Below are positions 1-14,412 of a stretch of 64,000 bases of DNA, piece after piece. The stretch is taken from contig LSRY02000022.1 in assembly GCA_001643675.2 (NCBI GenBank), positions 496,001 through 560,000 of the forward strand, written 5' to 3'. A model generated the notes under the pieces. That model saw only the letters and a list, made by a program, of their open reading frames with translations. It was not told the DNA's origin and searched no databases. The translations under genes were made by a program, and so were the position numbers. Every line of letters starts with the position of its first letter. Position 1 is the stretch's first letter. The DNA is from Monocercomonoides exilis PA203 (taxonomy: Eukaryota; Protista; Preaxostyla).

Positions 1-1
1 T

Positions 2-883
2 GTGAGAAAAATGAAAACAGAATTTTTACCTTTTGTCCAAGCAATCGCAGATTGCTCTTATTATGCGATGGCCCCAAGAATAACACGGCATGGGTTCTAC
101 GAAGCTGGAATAACGTCTTCTCGAATATCTCACGTACTGAGGCGCACTTTGGATTACTTGCCTTTCGGTGTAAAACCGGCTAGACAGACGAACCGATGGT
201 CTATCTCTGGAAAACTAATAACATCAACAGCAGTTCTAAAAGAATGGCAAGCTTTTGAAGAGAAAAAGTCTATTTGTGATGATGAAAGAGTTGAGAATGT
301 TCACATAACAAATATTAATCAAAAAACGATTAAAAATAAAAAGGAAAGACCTTCATCTTCAAAAATAACTTCTTCTGATTCCAAGCTTTCAAACCTTACT
401 GCTAATGAGAATACTGGTGACAATACTGACACTGACGATATCTTATGTTCAACAGATTTCGAATCAGATCCAACTGATTCACAAGAAGGGGAAGAAAATA
501 TTTTGGTCGTTCGTGTTTTCAGAAGAAAAAACAAACAGAAAAGACTGATTCTGTGCCGGTCAGATCATTTGGATGAACCTGATGGTCGAAAACAAGTGAC
601 TGATTTATCGAGTTCCTCTAATTATTCTGAAGATGAATCTTCAGAGACTGATCATCATTCCGACAGATTAAATAAATCGAAAGAAAAGAGAAAAAAAGAT
701 CTTGACAGCAGTGAATACATAGAAGATGATCTTTCATCAAGCAACGAAGAAGAAGATTCGGATGAAAAAAAATTGTCCAAAAAATATTCCATGAGATCGG
801 AAAAATGTTTGCCCAAAAGATTATCTGAGCATTATGTTCTTTTCACGGATTCTGATGAAAGTGAGTACAATCCAAAGAAATGA
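2..883 (+). CDS. C-terminal part of a pogo/Tigger-type DDE_1 transposase (5' end outside window) with acidic/basic low-complexity tail
   Basis: AIADCSYYAMAPRITRHGFYEAGI...ISGKLITSTAVLKEWQAF aligns by eye with AVADVLPQALHTAFTPSVIKKAFINSGV...FGKEITKEKLIDEWDEY downstream of the DDE core at 62572-63306. Confidence 0.65.
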   Translation: MRKMKTEFLPFVQAIADCSYYAMAPRITRHGFYEAGITSSRISHVLRRTLDYLPFGVKPARQTNRWSISGKLITSTAVLKEWQAFEEKKSICDDERVENVHITNINQKTIKNKKERPSSSKITSSDSKLSNLTANENTGDNTDTDDILCSTDFESDPTDSQEGEENILVVRVFRRKNKQKRLILCRSDHLDEPDGRKQVTDLSSSSNYSEDESSETDHHSDRLNKSKEKRKKDLDSSEYIEDDLSSSNEEEDSDEKKLSKKYSMRSEKCLPKRLSEHYVLFTDSDESEYNPKK

Positions 884-2341
884 TTTGTGAGAAATAAACA
901 ATCGAAAAAAGTTGAAAAACATATCAAACCTTTTTAATCTATTCATATCATATATTAATTATTCAAGAAATTACAATTCAATTTGATTGTCAAGCATTTT
1001 GTTAATGGCGTTTTTTCCAACAAGTTTTCACAATTCTTGATAAAGAATCAGGATGACTCTATTTTCATTAAAAAACAAGCATAAGCATTTTTAATGAAAA
1101 GAAACAATAATTTTCAGAAAAAAGAAAAAATTAAAAACATTTTTGAAAAAAGATAAACAAAAGAAAAAAACAATTTATTTCATTTTCAAATTTAAAAATG
1201 AATCGCATAATAGAAAAGGCACCAAAGTTTCAGACAAAGAAATTAAGTGATCAACAAACCTGCGAAAATAAAAATAAACTTTTTTCATTTTAAAACTTGT
1301 AGGAATAAATTTACTATCAATGGTCGTTCCATTGTCTATGAAAAGAACAAAATATTGTTTTATTGATATCAAAATAAAAATAAAACACAAAGAACAAACC
1401 ACATAAAGGTAATTCTTTAAATAATGCGAACTTGTGAACAGTTTTTAACAATACTTACCGACGAAAAAAAGTTAGAAACTGCATTTCCTGAATTCATAAA
1501 AAGTCTTTCATGGAAATTGGAACACATTGCGTTTTCAAATCATTTGAAATCGAAAATTTTGATTGAAATTGAACAAAATGTAGAATTGAACATCCTCCGT
1601 GAAAATCTTTCTAATAATATATCTAGTGGACAAACCTCTTAATAATTATTGAATTGTTTAACTATTTCTTCAAAGTTGAATAATTTGTGAAACATTGTTG
1701 GATTGAAAAAATTTTATAATGGGTTTGGAACCCATTATTTTGATAGAAAACAATGTGATGATCGTTATTATGATAAATCTGCAAATTCGTTTCCATTTGA
1801 AGAAATAATACAATAATGGTGTTCTTTTGAATCTCATTTATTTCATCTACTGACTTTTTTCATTTTTTTTTCATTTTAATAAGAAAATCAGATAAATGTT
1901 AATATTTTCCGATTTTTTCATGTTATAGAAGTTATTTTCAATGTTTTGCTGTAAGAATGTGTTTATGTTTTTAGTTAATTCTTTGTCACTTTATTATTTG
2001 AGAAAAGATTTCAATTTTTCTGATTCTTTCACTTCGCATTACAAAAAGATGTCAAAGACAAAAATTCTTTAAAAGTTGAGTGATATTTGTTGCAAACAAA
2101 AAAAAATGAAATCATTGAAAGATAACATCAAAATAAAAATGAGAAGAATCAAAAATTTTCTTCAACTGAAAATTGTACCAAAATAGTTAATTTTCAAAAA
2201 CAAAAATGAGTTTTTGAAATCGACATTGAGTTTTAACAAAAATAAACATCATTTGATCAATTTTCATCATCTTTTAAATTATTCAAGATGATATGTGCGG
2301 GTTTTTGCAACTGTTCGGGTTTTCCACCATACTATAAATGT

Positions 2342-2817
2342 GAACAAAACGTACTGTTCAAAAAATAACACAAAGAAAGTTATATTTCCAAAAAAAGCAA
2401 GACTAAATGAATACAAAGAAATCAATAAAATTGAAATATTCATTTTCGACTCAAAATTCAGGTGATAAATAATCGCCTTTTTCATCATAAAATCTATGAT
2501 CAAACCCTAATAATATTATTTCTCAAAATTTCTAATTAGGTTTTGGAGAGGCTGTTGGTTTCAATGCCTTCACAACGAGTGAATTAGGGTATAATATAAA
2601 TAAAAATATGAACCTAAATTATTGAATAGGGTTTTATTTATCAAAAAAGATAAAAAAACAGGTGTTCTGTTGATTAAGAATTTCAAAAATGGGTCACCAA
2701 TTCAATTATTCGAATATGACGAAATTTACCAGTAAAAATATCCCACATGGACTTATTACTTATTTTGATAACGAAGATTTACGTTTTAAAGAGTATTTTG
2801 AACAGTACGTTTTGTTC
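2342..2817. repeat. 22-bp perfect inverted repeat pair (2342-2363 / 2796-2817), possible MITE relic
   Basis: GAACAAAACGTACTGTTCAAAA vs TTTTGAACAGTACGTTTTGTTC; no clear TSD. Confidence 0.55.
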
Positions 2818-3210
2818 CTACTTACCCAAAATTAATGAAAAATGAACTTTATCGAATCAAAACTCTCATTTATTGTTCCTGCCGTATTCTTGGGAACGGC
2901 AGGATTATTTATTCTGTCTAATCTGAGCACTTTCACTTAAAAGCCTGAACCATCCTAAAAAATATCTGGTATTTATTTGTTTGAACATACAAAAAAATGA
3001 TACAAATCAGATTGTTATCGAAAAGAAAGATGGAAAAAGTGAAGAGCATATTTGAAAATAGTCAATTGAGCACAAAATAAAATTATTGTTTGATAACATC
3101 AAATATGCAACTTATAAAACATTTTGTTTGAAAAATGAAAATTATCAACTGTCATTCCTAGTAATAAATGAAAAAACAATTAATAGAAAGATATGTCAAA
3201 ATTTTCTTGG

Positions 3211-3411
3211 AAAGTTCATTTTGATAAATTTTGAAGGAAAAATTTCATATTTCGATCAAATTTCTGTTTCCACTTACGAAACTTCACTGAAATGAAAACA
3301 TTGGCATTGTCAAGATTTTGTTTTCATAACAAAAAATTTGGAAAGTGGAAATAGAAATTTTATCAAAATATGAAATTCAAACTTTGTTTGAAAATTTTCA
3401 AACAGAACTTT
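3211..3411. repeat. Degenerate ~200-bp foldback/MITE
   Basis: aatttcatatttcgatcaaatttctgtttccactt (3241-3275) pairs with aagtggaaatagaaattttatcaaaatatgaaatt (3343-3377) with 3 mismatches; weaker pairing extends outward. Confidence 0.6.
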
Positions 3412-5198
3412 AAAAAAAATTAGAAATATAAATCATTTATTTATATTTGAAATTGCGCTTGTTTCTGAACATTTGGTAAAAAATATTTCACTTCAAGCAA
3501 GTTCATAGAAAATTTTTGCACTTTTCATTGACTTTTTAGATTAAAAAACACAATTAAGGTGGTTCCATTTTTTGACATTCATGAAATGACACAGTTCTTT
3601 ATGTTTTGATTTCAACGATGCGTGTTTACGGATATGAAAATCAAATTTATCTTGAAATTTGAAAAAGAAAAAAAAATGTTATGAGTAAAGTAATTTTTCA
3701 ATGCCTTGTGCAAAAAAAGCTTGAAAGTCCATATTTTCCCTTATTTGAAAAAAGGACATCATGTTTTTTCCGATTCACGAAAAAGGATGCCGCTTTTTCT
3801 TTGTGTTTCTTCGAAAGCTGTTATAAGTCTTTTTGATTTCCATGGATTGATCTCAAGTACACGTGCATTTCTTAATAACCGTCAGTTTGTCTTTTCTTCT
3901 GTTGTCACACCAATCTTTTGCGATTGAGCCCAAAAACAAAATGAAATTAAAATCCAAATGGATATGTTGAAGACGATAGCCACATGACTCGAAAAAATGG
4001 AAAATAACTGATCTGAAAATTCATCTGCAAAATCACACATCACTTTTCTTATGATTTAATGAACTTCACTTCTTGACCTTATTCTTCATGTTGGCAGTGC
4101 TCACAAACCGCTTGGAAAAACTGTCACAAAATAGACAACAAACCACATACAGATAAACCCGCCTAATACCTTTGCTCAACAGTTTGCCAAAGCAAACAAA
4201 AAGCAACGTTGTTGAATTCATCGATTTGATTACTTCCTTCTGCTTCTGTCTTATGAACTCAACAAACGTCGGATTACATCTATTTGACTCTTCATTGAGA
4301 AAATGAAGAGGATCTTTCAATTCTAATCAACAAAACAAAAACAAACAAAAGATATGGGTTTCACGAATGAAAATAATGTAAGAAAAAACACACAAAATTT
4401 GTTTTAATTGTATTTTTTTAAAGCTAACCTTCGCATGCTTTTTGATATCTATTGAGGTTTTCTTTTTTTGCCTCCTTCAAATGCCAATGTGGAAGAGCCA
4501 ATGACACTCTCATCAGATCTGTTAACATCTTCTATCTCTTTCGAGCCATCTGGTTCATCATCATTTTCACTTTTCTTTTTGTGTTTTTCATTCTTCTTTC
4601 TCCCTCTTTCATCTCCATCTTTTTGTCATTTCTCTTTGGCATCAGATTGCCTTCTTGAAGATGCAATAGCACCAACCGAGTTATTCCAAACGGTTCCATA
4701 TCAGGAACTGAAAGAAAGACTTTCCAAGGAATTTTTCAAAAGAAGGAAGCTCAAAAGACAAAGTTTGAGTTGGTTTGTTCATCAAACAGCCAAAATAAAG
4801 TTTGAAACTTTTAAAAACAAGCAAAAAGCCTTGACCTTTTTGTTGTTTTAAATGAAAGTGAAGGACTTTTTGGGGGCACTCTTTACCGAGCGAGTGATGT
4901 TCCAACTTTGTTTCATCATGAGGCGCAGATCTCTTTCAAAGATTGTGTTAATGGAAAAGATAATCATTCATCAACTCCATTAGATACACTTTCATCGCAA
5001 AGAAAAAAGCTTTCCTCATTTTTGTCTTTTGCAGAGTATTTGAATCTGAAAAACAAATATTTATCTCTAACAATTGAAACTCTTTTTGAAAAGTTGAAAG
5101 CAAACTGTTTTCAATGACAACTTCTTCAACTATTCTCAATGCAACTTCTTTTTTCTTTCCATATTTTCCCTTTTGAATGCTCTTGATTTTTTCAAAAA

Positions 5199-5441
5199 TT
5201 AATAATCCTCCATTCCAAAAAGAATATTTAATGTTTTTTTCATCAAGCCAAATGATTTATTTTTCCTTTCTTCACTTTCATCTCTTATGAACGTGTCCAA
5301 TTCATAATAAGTATTATTTCTCTTCTTTTCAGGCTTCTTTACAACCATGAAATACTCATTATTTGATTTTTGAAACACTGAAGATTCCAAATTATATTGC
5401 ATTTCAAAATCTGTTTCATTGACAAATTCAAACTGTCTCAT
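5199..5441 (-). CDS. Small hypothetical protein (80 aa)
   Basis: ATG-started ORF with protein-like composition in AT-rich DNA; no recognisable domain. Confidence 0.3.
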   Translation of the reverse strand: MRQFEFVNETDFEMQYNLESSVFQKSNNEYFMVVKKPEKKRNNTYYELDTFIRDESEERKNKSFGLMKKTLNILFGMEDY

Positions 5442-6295
5442 TATTCACACACAAAAGCGTGTTGTGATACAAAAAATGAATATGAAATTGAAATAATAAT
5501 ATTCCTGAAATTCAAACCAAAAGCAAAAGAATGGAAACGAATAAAAAAGTTTTTGTTTGTTATATTTTAAAGATCGTTTTTTGAAAATGAAGCTCAATAA
5601 CTGAAATATGATAAACAGTTTCGTTTCAAGTTGGAAGATGTGAATAACAAAAAGATTAGCTTTAGCTGTGAAAAAAAAAAAACCAAGAACACAACAATCC
5701 TTTTCAAAAAATTGAAATATAGTAACAAATCATATTTCACAGTCAGCTTCAACTTTTATTTTCTTTCATAAAACAAATGCATATTTTTCCTCCAAGAGAG
5801 TGATAATTTCATAGTCATGAATATCAGAATGAATGAGGAAAATATATGGGTGATTTTTTTTGACATCATAAAAAAAGATCAAAAATCGAATATTAAAAAT
5901 CTATTATGGTATTCATTGATCAAAGAGTTAAATTGATTTTTTACAAGTATATAGCTTTTAAAGCTATGTTTTGTGTGTGTTTTATTTATTTATAGAAAAA
6001 AAGCAAACCTTTTTAATGTTTTGGTTTAAAAGTGATTTTTTTGATCATGTTTCAAAAAAAAAAAAATAAAAAAAAAAATCAAAAATAAAAAATCATCTTT
6101 AAAAAAAAAATTGATATTTCTAAACTGGAAAAACAAAACATTGTTAAGAAAAAATTAAAAGGAAGAACAGAAAAGAAGAAAAGAAAACAAAATTATTTAG
6201 ACAAAATTTAACATTAATTATTTTTTTTCTTTTTTTTTCCTCACCTTTGTATAGCCAACAAACCTCCGTTCATTTTATTCGATTCATCGGATTCA

Positions 6296-9200
6296 TCAAA
6301 CAGAAACAGATAAAGTGGAATATTGGATTAACCAAAATTCAAAAGCTTGTTCCCTCACATTACTCTGAATAAAATTGTGGCAAACAATGGAGCCGATGCT
6401 GATGGCTGTGGTTAAATATAGCAAAACACTTGCTCCATTATCGAATATGCCATCAACGGCTTCATTTCCCTCTTCCAAGACGCCTCCCTCACCTTCCTCT
6501 CCTCAACATTTGTTTCTCTTCAAACACTCACCTTCAGCGCTGTTGACACAAAAATCACTGGAAATGATATTATTTATCTTATTTCTTTATTATTCCTTTC
6601 ATTTTCCAATTTTCACCATTTTCCATATCTTTGAAAAATCCATGAGACTTCGTCGTCTTTTCATCAGAAGTTTATTTTTTTCAATCAATCTTTAATCTCC
6701 GCTCATATAAAAACATTTCTTCGTCATTTCTTCATCTATTTTCTTTTCTTCATCAAATGAAAATAAAGCTCTCAGCTTTAAGGAATCATCTGCTTCCCTT
6801 TCTTCGATTATATCATAAAGTTCTTCACAAACTTTTATTTCTTCAGCTTTCCGATTTCAATTTGCTTGTATCCAATTAGCGCTTGAATCTCAAATAATTT
6901 CTCTTCAAATATGCCTTTTCCTCAAAATTGCTTTTCCTCTTCATTTCATTTCCAACAATTTGCTCCAGTTTCGGAGATGCGTAATCTGCAGAAGTGTATT
7001 TAGGAACCCAGCCATTCCAAACAAAAATTGCTTCAATACCATTTCTGTTTTCATTGCAAATGCTTCAGCTTCCAAATGAAAAAGAAAGATTCTATCTCCG
7101 TTTTCTGTTGTAAGTCTGCTGCTCCGATTCTGTTAGCTCTAAATTGCATCCATTTCGTTGTCTCATAATTTCGGCTGTTATTTTGTAATTGAATGAACAT
7201 TCATTTTGTGTTTCCAAATTGATGCTGAATGCGAACACTGCTGTCAAGTCTGAGGGTTGTTGAATGAAATTGAAATGCAAATATTTTTGTTGCTTGCTGA
7301 AGAAGAAAAAGGAGTTGAAGGAAAAAATGAAGACAACATTGAAGAATATAAAGGATGAAGTTGTGAATGATCAAAGTCGCGTGAAATAAATGAGTTTTTA
7401 TTAATCCGATTGCTCTTTCGTCTTTGCATTAATCTGACTCTTCTGTCTGTTCGACTGTTCATCAAGCACAATGAAGCACAATCGCCCTGACTGCATTTGG
7501 CAAATGAATTCTTTTCAACCAATCTTTGCTGTTCTTGTTCCATTGTCTTTCCAGTTCTATCATTATTTTCATCATCTATTTCCATATTACCTGAATCTTC
7601 ATCCAAATCGATATCAGCACCATCATCATTATTATCAATCTTATTTTTGTATGATAAATTCATCTCGCTCATCAGGTGCATCCACCACACAAGCGAATAT
7701 GGATCAGAAAGAGACGAAGGAAAGCACCAGTGAAGAGGTAGAAACATGGCGGAACAAGCGGCAATTTGAGATGCCTTAGCAATTCGATCGAAGTCCCGCG
7801 GAGAAAAAGAAACGGAAGACTGTGATAAATCAAGCAATGAATAAGAACAAGGAGACTTTGATGATTCGGTCAAGGTATGTGAAAAAGGCGAAGATAAATT
7901 TGTTTGAGAAGAAGGATAAATAAATGAATCACATAAAGCACCAAGCAGTCGAGAAACACGAAACTTTAATGAAGAAAATGAAGTTTGACGGAAAATAGGG
8001 TGAACTTGTTGAATTTCAAATAAACACGAAGAAGTTTTGTCTTTCTGTTCTTCATTCTTTTTTGTTTGAATTCTATCTTTCATTTTTGAATCAGAATCAG
8101 ACTCATTCTCCGAATCATGCCTTTTGCTGTTCTCTTTTTCATTGCGTTTTCTTTTTTCAATCTTTTCCTTCAGATTTTTGCTCAAAGAAAATTGAGAAAG
8201 TTCTATTTCTTTCCTTTTCAGCTTTTCCATCAAAACAGTTCTGGCAACTGCTTCCTTTTGCTTCATTTGTCTGAAATACATTGGATTCTTCTGCTTCAAT
8301 TCTTCCCTCCGCTGCTTCATAGCTGTTGACAAAACAAACATCAGCTCATTTTCTTCTTCGCGAAGATAAGACATTCAGTCTGCTTCCTCAAAACGGCGTC
8401 GTCGAAGTCATTTTGGATAATTGTTTCAATACGAAGAAGAAGAAGAAGATGATGATGATGTTGTTGGGGTGAGTGAATCCAAATGTGGCAGAGTTGAAGT
8501 TATCGTAGAGCCATTTTCTTGTCTCAGTCTTCTTTCTCTTCTCCATAACGCACGAGCACATCCAATCCTCTTTGGAAGCACCTCTTTTCTCTTCATCTTT
8601 TCTGTAGTGTCTGCCATCTCCACATTCTCATTCGTCATCGATGGAGCAACCAGTGCTCGTGTAACAACACCACTATCACACAAAGATGGGTGTGTTTGTG
8701 TCTCCACTCCCTGAAGAAGGAAGCGCAGAGCGGGGTCTTCGAGCGAAGGAGCAGACAGATCTCCGCATAGAATGATTGGATGGATGCACTAGGCAATCGG
8801 CTGTGTGGAGGCTGAGTTGAGTACGCAGGCGCCTTGTATCTTTTGTGGAAATTGCATCTCGTCTCGTTAAGTGTCACTTCTCCGTTGATACCACGTGTGA
8901 GCTGCATAAGCTGCATGAGGCAGATGGAGCTGGCTGCTGAAGGAGAGATTGAAGAAGGAGAAAACGAGGAGGATGTTGATGAATATGGCTTTTGCTTTGT
9001 TCGGGAAATAGATTGGTTTGACAGGTCAAACAGAAGCGCATTCACAACAAATATCTTTTTTGAGGGAACGAAATGGTGCGTTGAAGAAATTGCCTGTGAT
9101 TGTTGAGAAAGAATGACTGTTTGTGTCCGAGTGAGAGGAAGACGCCTTCTGAACATCACACGAGACGATGAAGAGGAAGAGTGAATTGGACAAATATACT

Positions 9201-12200
9201 TTTGATGATGTCTGCGTGAAGAATCTTTGTGATGATGATTGCGATCGCGATGACGATGACTTCTTTGAATATTATAATATTGAAAGTGTGAAGGCGAAGA
9301 TTGCATTTCTTCCAATTGGTCATCTTCTTCCTTTTTCGTTTCATCGTCTTGTCTATCTTCTTTAGTCCTCTCTGTTAATTCATCACTTTCTTTCTCTTTC
9401 TCTTTCTCTTTCTCTTCTTCTTCTTCTTCTTTATTGTAACTTTCAGACTCAAATCTTTCCTTTTTCTCCTTTGCAGCAGCCTCTCTCATCTCATTCCACG
9501 CATCCTTGTCTGCATCTTTATAGACAAGCCACTCTTTGTTCAGTTCGCCCAGCCACATTTCTCTTCGCAGGCGCTGCGGCTTCGGTGACAACATTGACGC
9601 GGCTTTCTTTTTCTTTGCGGCTGCTTGCTGTTGAGAGGGAACAGGATACACGTGAAACGAATGCCTTGAACTGGAGCGCGGAAGTAATGCATCTGAAATC
9701 AATGGCCCCTTTTGAACAATAGCAGTTTCATTCACATTTTCAATAGGAAGATTTCCTGTTTGCTCTTTTTGTGAAACCTCTTTTCTGTTTGTTTCTGTCT
9801 TTTGTGCTTGTTCTTTCACCCGGTTGACTGCATCCAAAGGATCAAAGGCGATTTGCTCAGACGAAGAAAGGTGCAATTTGTTTGGAGTTGAAGGACTTTT
9901 CCCTCCTTCCAGAGCAAGTGGTCGAATAGCAGGAGGAGTTGAAGCAGAAGAAGCAGAGGCAAAAACAGGAGATGAAGATGATGACGACAAAGACAAAGAA
10001 GAAGAAGTTTACTGAGTTGCAAATTTTTCATTTTCCTTTGTTCGAATAGGAATGGACTGAGGTTGAATAGCAGGTGAAGAAGCACCCAAACTTGGTGAAG
10101 AGGTTGAAAGAGCTGGTGATTCTGAGTCGATTTTGTGATCCTATTTGAGATGAGCATCCAAAGTGTTCAGTTCCAACAGAAGAAACAAAGTTCTTTCTTC
10201 TATTGTGAGAAATGAAGATGGATGAAGCGAAGAGACAAAACTTGAGGGAGAGTGGAATAAAAGTGAAGGAGCAGAAGATAACGATGGTGAAAGTGAAGAC
10301 GAAGAAGTGACGGCATGCAGTGAAAGTGGAGAAAGTGAGCCAGGAGCAGCAGGATTAGCAGAAGATGGATGGACAACTTGAGATAAGAGGGAAGGAGAAG
10401 ATTGTTGTTGGACGTTCATAAACATGAACGAATTGACAAGCGAAAAGGTGTAATGATAAAGAGGATGAAGGGCAATGTTTGCATTTGCAGCAAAATCAGC
10501 AGCCGAATCAAAAGGCGCAACAAAATTGAGGGCAGGGTATTTCTGCATCAGATTCATCGCCATTGAATTCTGCGAGGTGAAGAAAGAAGCCAACTTTGAA
10601 AACGACAGCGACGAAAAGAGTTTCGACAACGTATCTATTCTTCCAGGTTCACTGCTCTGACTGAATGTACTTATCCCATTCTCCTTCTGAAACATCAGAG
10701 GTGATTTTTTCACTGCTCATTTCCTTCCCTTTCTGTGTGTCACTTCTGCTTTCTCTTCGCAGGTCGGCACGGCTTTGCTTTAGAACGCTCTTCAGCGCAC
10801 TCATCAGATTCAACCGAGCCCTCGTTTGCCTCTCTTCGACTGCTGCATACACAGACATTTCCTGTAACTTCCACTCAAATTGCCCGTTTTCCTCGCTTTT
10901 GATGCAAACATAGCGGCAGGGCACATCCAGTTCATCGCTCAAATCTTCAAAGTCATAATTCGCTCAATCATTCAACATGCAGTCCAATTTCCGCTCTCTT
11001 GTCAAAAACGGCGTTTGGCTTTCTTTTGCCTCTTGTTACGCCTAGATGGTCATTTTGTGCTCCTTCTGGTTGGTCTCAAGATGTTTTTATAATATTCCTT
11101 GGATGCTGCTTAACAGATTCTTGTATTTTTCTTCTTTCTCAATTTTCCTGCGCTCCCGCTTTTCTTTCTTCTTCCGCCTCTTCTCTTTCTCTTCTTTCTC
11201 CTTCTTCTTCATCTGTCTTTCCTGCAGTTTCATCAGTCGAAGCAGTTTTTCTTTCTGTTTGCAGCTCATATCTCTTCTCTCTTCTTCATCACTGATGATG
11301 GAGCTGTTGTTAAGGCATTCACTTTCTTCCTTTTTCTTTGTTTCCTGCAAAGAATCTCTTGTAACAAGCGCAAATTTCTCGTTTTCTACTGCTTTTGCTT
11401 TATCTTCTTTTTCATCATCACAGCTGTCTCCATCATTTTCAAGTTTCAACGCCTTCCTCATCTTAATCAGTTCTCTGATCCTTCTCTCCTCTCTTCTCTC
11501 GTTCCTTGCTTCTCTCTCCCTTTCCTTCGCTCTCTCTCTTTCTCCTTTCCTCTTCTCCAGATACTTCTCATACCGCTCCACCATCCGAAATTATGTCAAA
11601 ATCGTTAGCGCCTCAAACACATCTTGTGCGAGAACAAAATATTGTCTTTTCCTTCTTCTTACGAACTATTGCTTCATCCTCCTCATCTGCTGCTCTTTGC
11701 CTGTCAGAAATCTGTTTCTAGAAAAGCGCAGCAACGAAGAAGAAGAAGAAGAAAAGAAGAAGAAAAAGAAAAAAAAGAAGAAGAAGAAAAAGAAGAACGT
11801 GAAGCGCCAGAAGCAGCAGCCACTTGTGCACAGCGGTTGAGATAGCGTCTGCGGAGGAGAGGATGCATAGCTCTAATGCGGCGAGCCATGGCAATTTCAG
11901 GACGATGAGGCTGTTCATGGTGGAGAGAAATGTCAGTTACTGCTGGAGAAGATGAGGAAGATGAAGATGAAGGAGAGGGTGAAGGAGATGACTGAGGAAG
12001 AGAAAGAAAAGATTTATTCGGCAATGAAGAAGGAGATGTTCCTGTTACTGTGCTTATGCCAGCAGTCGAATAAGTCAAAAATGTTTGTATAGAATTTTGA
12101 TTGCTTTTTCTCTGTCTTTGTCTTCGAGGCACATAAGACGGATTCTGAAGAGTTGTTTCTTGTGGCGGAAGAATCACAGGAAGAGGCAGACGCGGTGCAT

Positions 12201-13898
12201 GTTTTCGTTTGAAATCTTCAATTGTTTCGTCGATTTCTGCTTTTTCGGCTCTTTCTTGTGAAGAATTCACTTCAGACTGTTCGGATGAAGAGGAAGATGA
12301 AGATGAATCGTTATCTACGTTTTCTTTCTTGTGGAATTTAACTGCTGCTGTTTTTGATGTTGATGTTGAAAAATCAAAAGAAGAAGAAGAAGAAGTTGAG
12401 ATAAAACAATCATCTTCTTTTTCATTTCCTTCTTCACCATTTTCACCATCTTCTTTTTCATAACCGCTTCCTTCTGTTCTATCTTCATATGACGTTGTCC
12501 GCTCAATTGAATCAAAAAAAGTAGTTCTGATTCAAATTATGCATCCATAAGTCTTTTAGTGTTGAAATCCATTCCAATGAGCGAGAAAGAACAATAAAAA
12601 AGAGAAGGAGAAGAAGATGAAGCAGAAACAGAGATATAAACAGAAGAAGAAAATGATGTTTCACCTGCATTGCTTCGCAAACATCTCTTTGTCTTCATCT
12701 TCAATCTTCTCAACTTCTCTTCCTTCTTTTTCACTTTCTCTCTCTTTCTCTGACATTATCTTTCATTATCTAACCTCTTTGTCATTAATGAATTTCTCAT
12801 ATGGGAACAATAATTTCTTTAACACATCATCCGACGCTGTTGTTTGCCATGGAAGAAAAATGGGCAAATACTCCATCTCTCGGTCTACGTGAATTTAGTA
12901 TATGTATTCTCGTGTTTGCATGAAGGGCGTTCATCAGTGACGCTATGGAAAATAACTGCGGGAAAATAAGAACATGTGTAATGACTCTTATCCTACTCAA
13001 ACTGCAATTGATGCTTCCACCTACACAAGAAGAGCAAGAAGCTCCACTTGATTAAATGTTGACTTATGTCGATAACACTCATCAAGGAGAAATCCATAAG
13101 TGTGAAGAATACGAGCGCAGCAGCGGTTGAGCAAATTGAGTAAAAAGGAAGAAAGAGACAACTTTGTTGATTGGGGAACGGGTTACAGACGTGAAAGTGA
13201 TTTATTGCGATGAACAGAATTGAGCTATCTGTTCATTGATTTCCCTTTTGCAGGAGGAGAATCATCAAAAAAGAAGAACGTTGTGATGAGTAGGAAGATG
13301 TTTAAGATCAGTTAAAGTCTGTGCTGTTTGGGCATTTTGCAGCTTTGGTTGTGCTAGTGATGTTTCACAAAAAAAGATGTTCTTTCTGTTGAGGATATTT
13401 GAGGAAAGAGAGCATTTGGTGGATGCTGAAATCATTTATTGAGGCAAAGTGAGAAAGAAAAGAGGAGGAGAAGGAGATCTGTGGTGTTTGAATGGAGTGT
13501 TATTCACAGAAGATATGGAGTGACTGAAAAAAGGAGAACTTTTATTGGAAAGAGGAGATAATCCCTGCTTTTTGCGATGTGTATTTGACTTTTTCGATAA
13601 TGGAAACCACAAAGCGGTTTGTGTATGACTGATTTGAAAAGGAAGAAGAAGAAAAAGGCATTGACGACGAAGAGAAGAAATGTTTAGTGGTCTGTGAGAA
13701 GAGGAAGTCTCGTTTCATATGGAATGAACAGTCAGCTGCAACACAGTGACAATAGAAGAAGCCAAATGCGCAGAAGAGGGTTCCCGGTTCAGTCTTTTTC
13801 ATCAGCTCTGATTCCAATGATGATAGAAATGATGTGAAGCGACTGTGGAAGAGACGCGTCGCCCAATCTAAGAAAAAGAATCTGTATAAAAAAAACAT
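6296..13898 (-). pseudogene. Long fragmented gene for a Ser/Glu/Lys-rich low-complexity protein
   Basis: Chain of consecutive minus-strand ORFs (13542-13898, 11704-12270, 11087-11584, 10649-10942, 10141-10713, 8635-9996, 8426-8707, 7244-8374) with continuous coding-like composition, joined by frameshifts and stops rather than obvious introns. Confidence 0.6.
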
Positions 13899-14412
13899 GA
13901 AAAGGGGTAGTTCATATGTTTATGTATCAATTAATTGAAAAAAATCAAAATTAGAGTTTGAAAAAGTTAAAAATAGAAAAACAAGTAATATGATTAAAAC
14001 AAAAATAACAATAATCGAAAAAAAATTACAAACCTTATAAAATGAAAAATTGCTCTTTCATCACTTCTTGCACGAAACTTATTGGTTGTTGATTGTTTGA
14101 GTCCAGACAGCTGGAAAGATTGAATGAATCGGTGATTTTTATGCAGATATGGCCCAAACAAAAAATTCGATGAAGATTGTAAATAAACACATCATATAAT
14201 GACCGATTCGGCCAACTCACAAGAAAAAGAGGACGTTCATAATGAATAATGAAAAAAAAAGTTCAAAAAATTTACAAAAATGAAAAAAAATATATTAACA
14301 AATAAATATACAAAAATTTTTTGTTATTATTAAAAGAAAATTTTAACACCCCACATTGCTTCAAATCTTCACCATTGCATAAGACGATTTGTTTGAAATT
14401 TTTTCCTTTTCT

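Noticed and set aside
1717-1739. Hairpin ATAATGGGTT-TGG-AACCCATTAT as a terminator or element end
   Set aside because: Too short, with no supporting context.
2500-2635. Telomere-like CCCTAA/TTAGGG words
   Set aside because: Isolated occurrences with no tandem array.
4468-5117. Possible recombinase-like gene remnant
   Set aside because: No catalytic motif is visible and the ORFs are short and broken.
12780-13140. ARID-like domain (VELLALL..GG; LLFPYEKF) in the long pseudogene
   Set aside because: Only scattered motif resemblance across frameshifts; needs a profile search.
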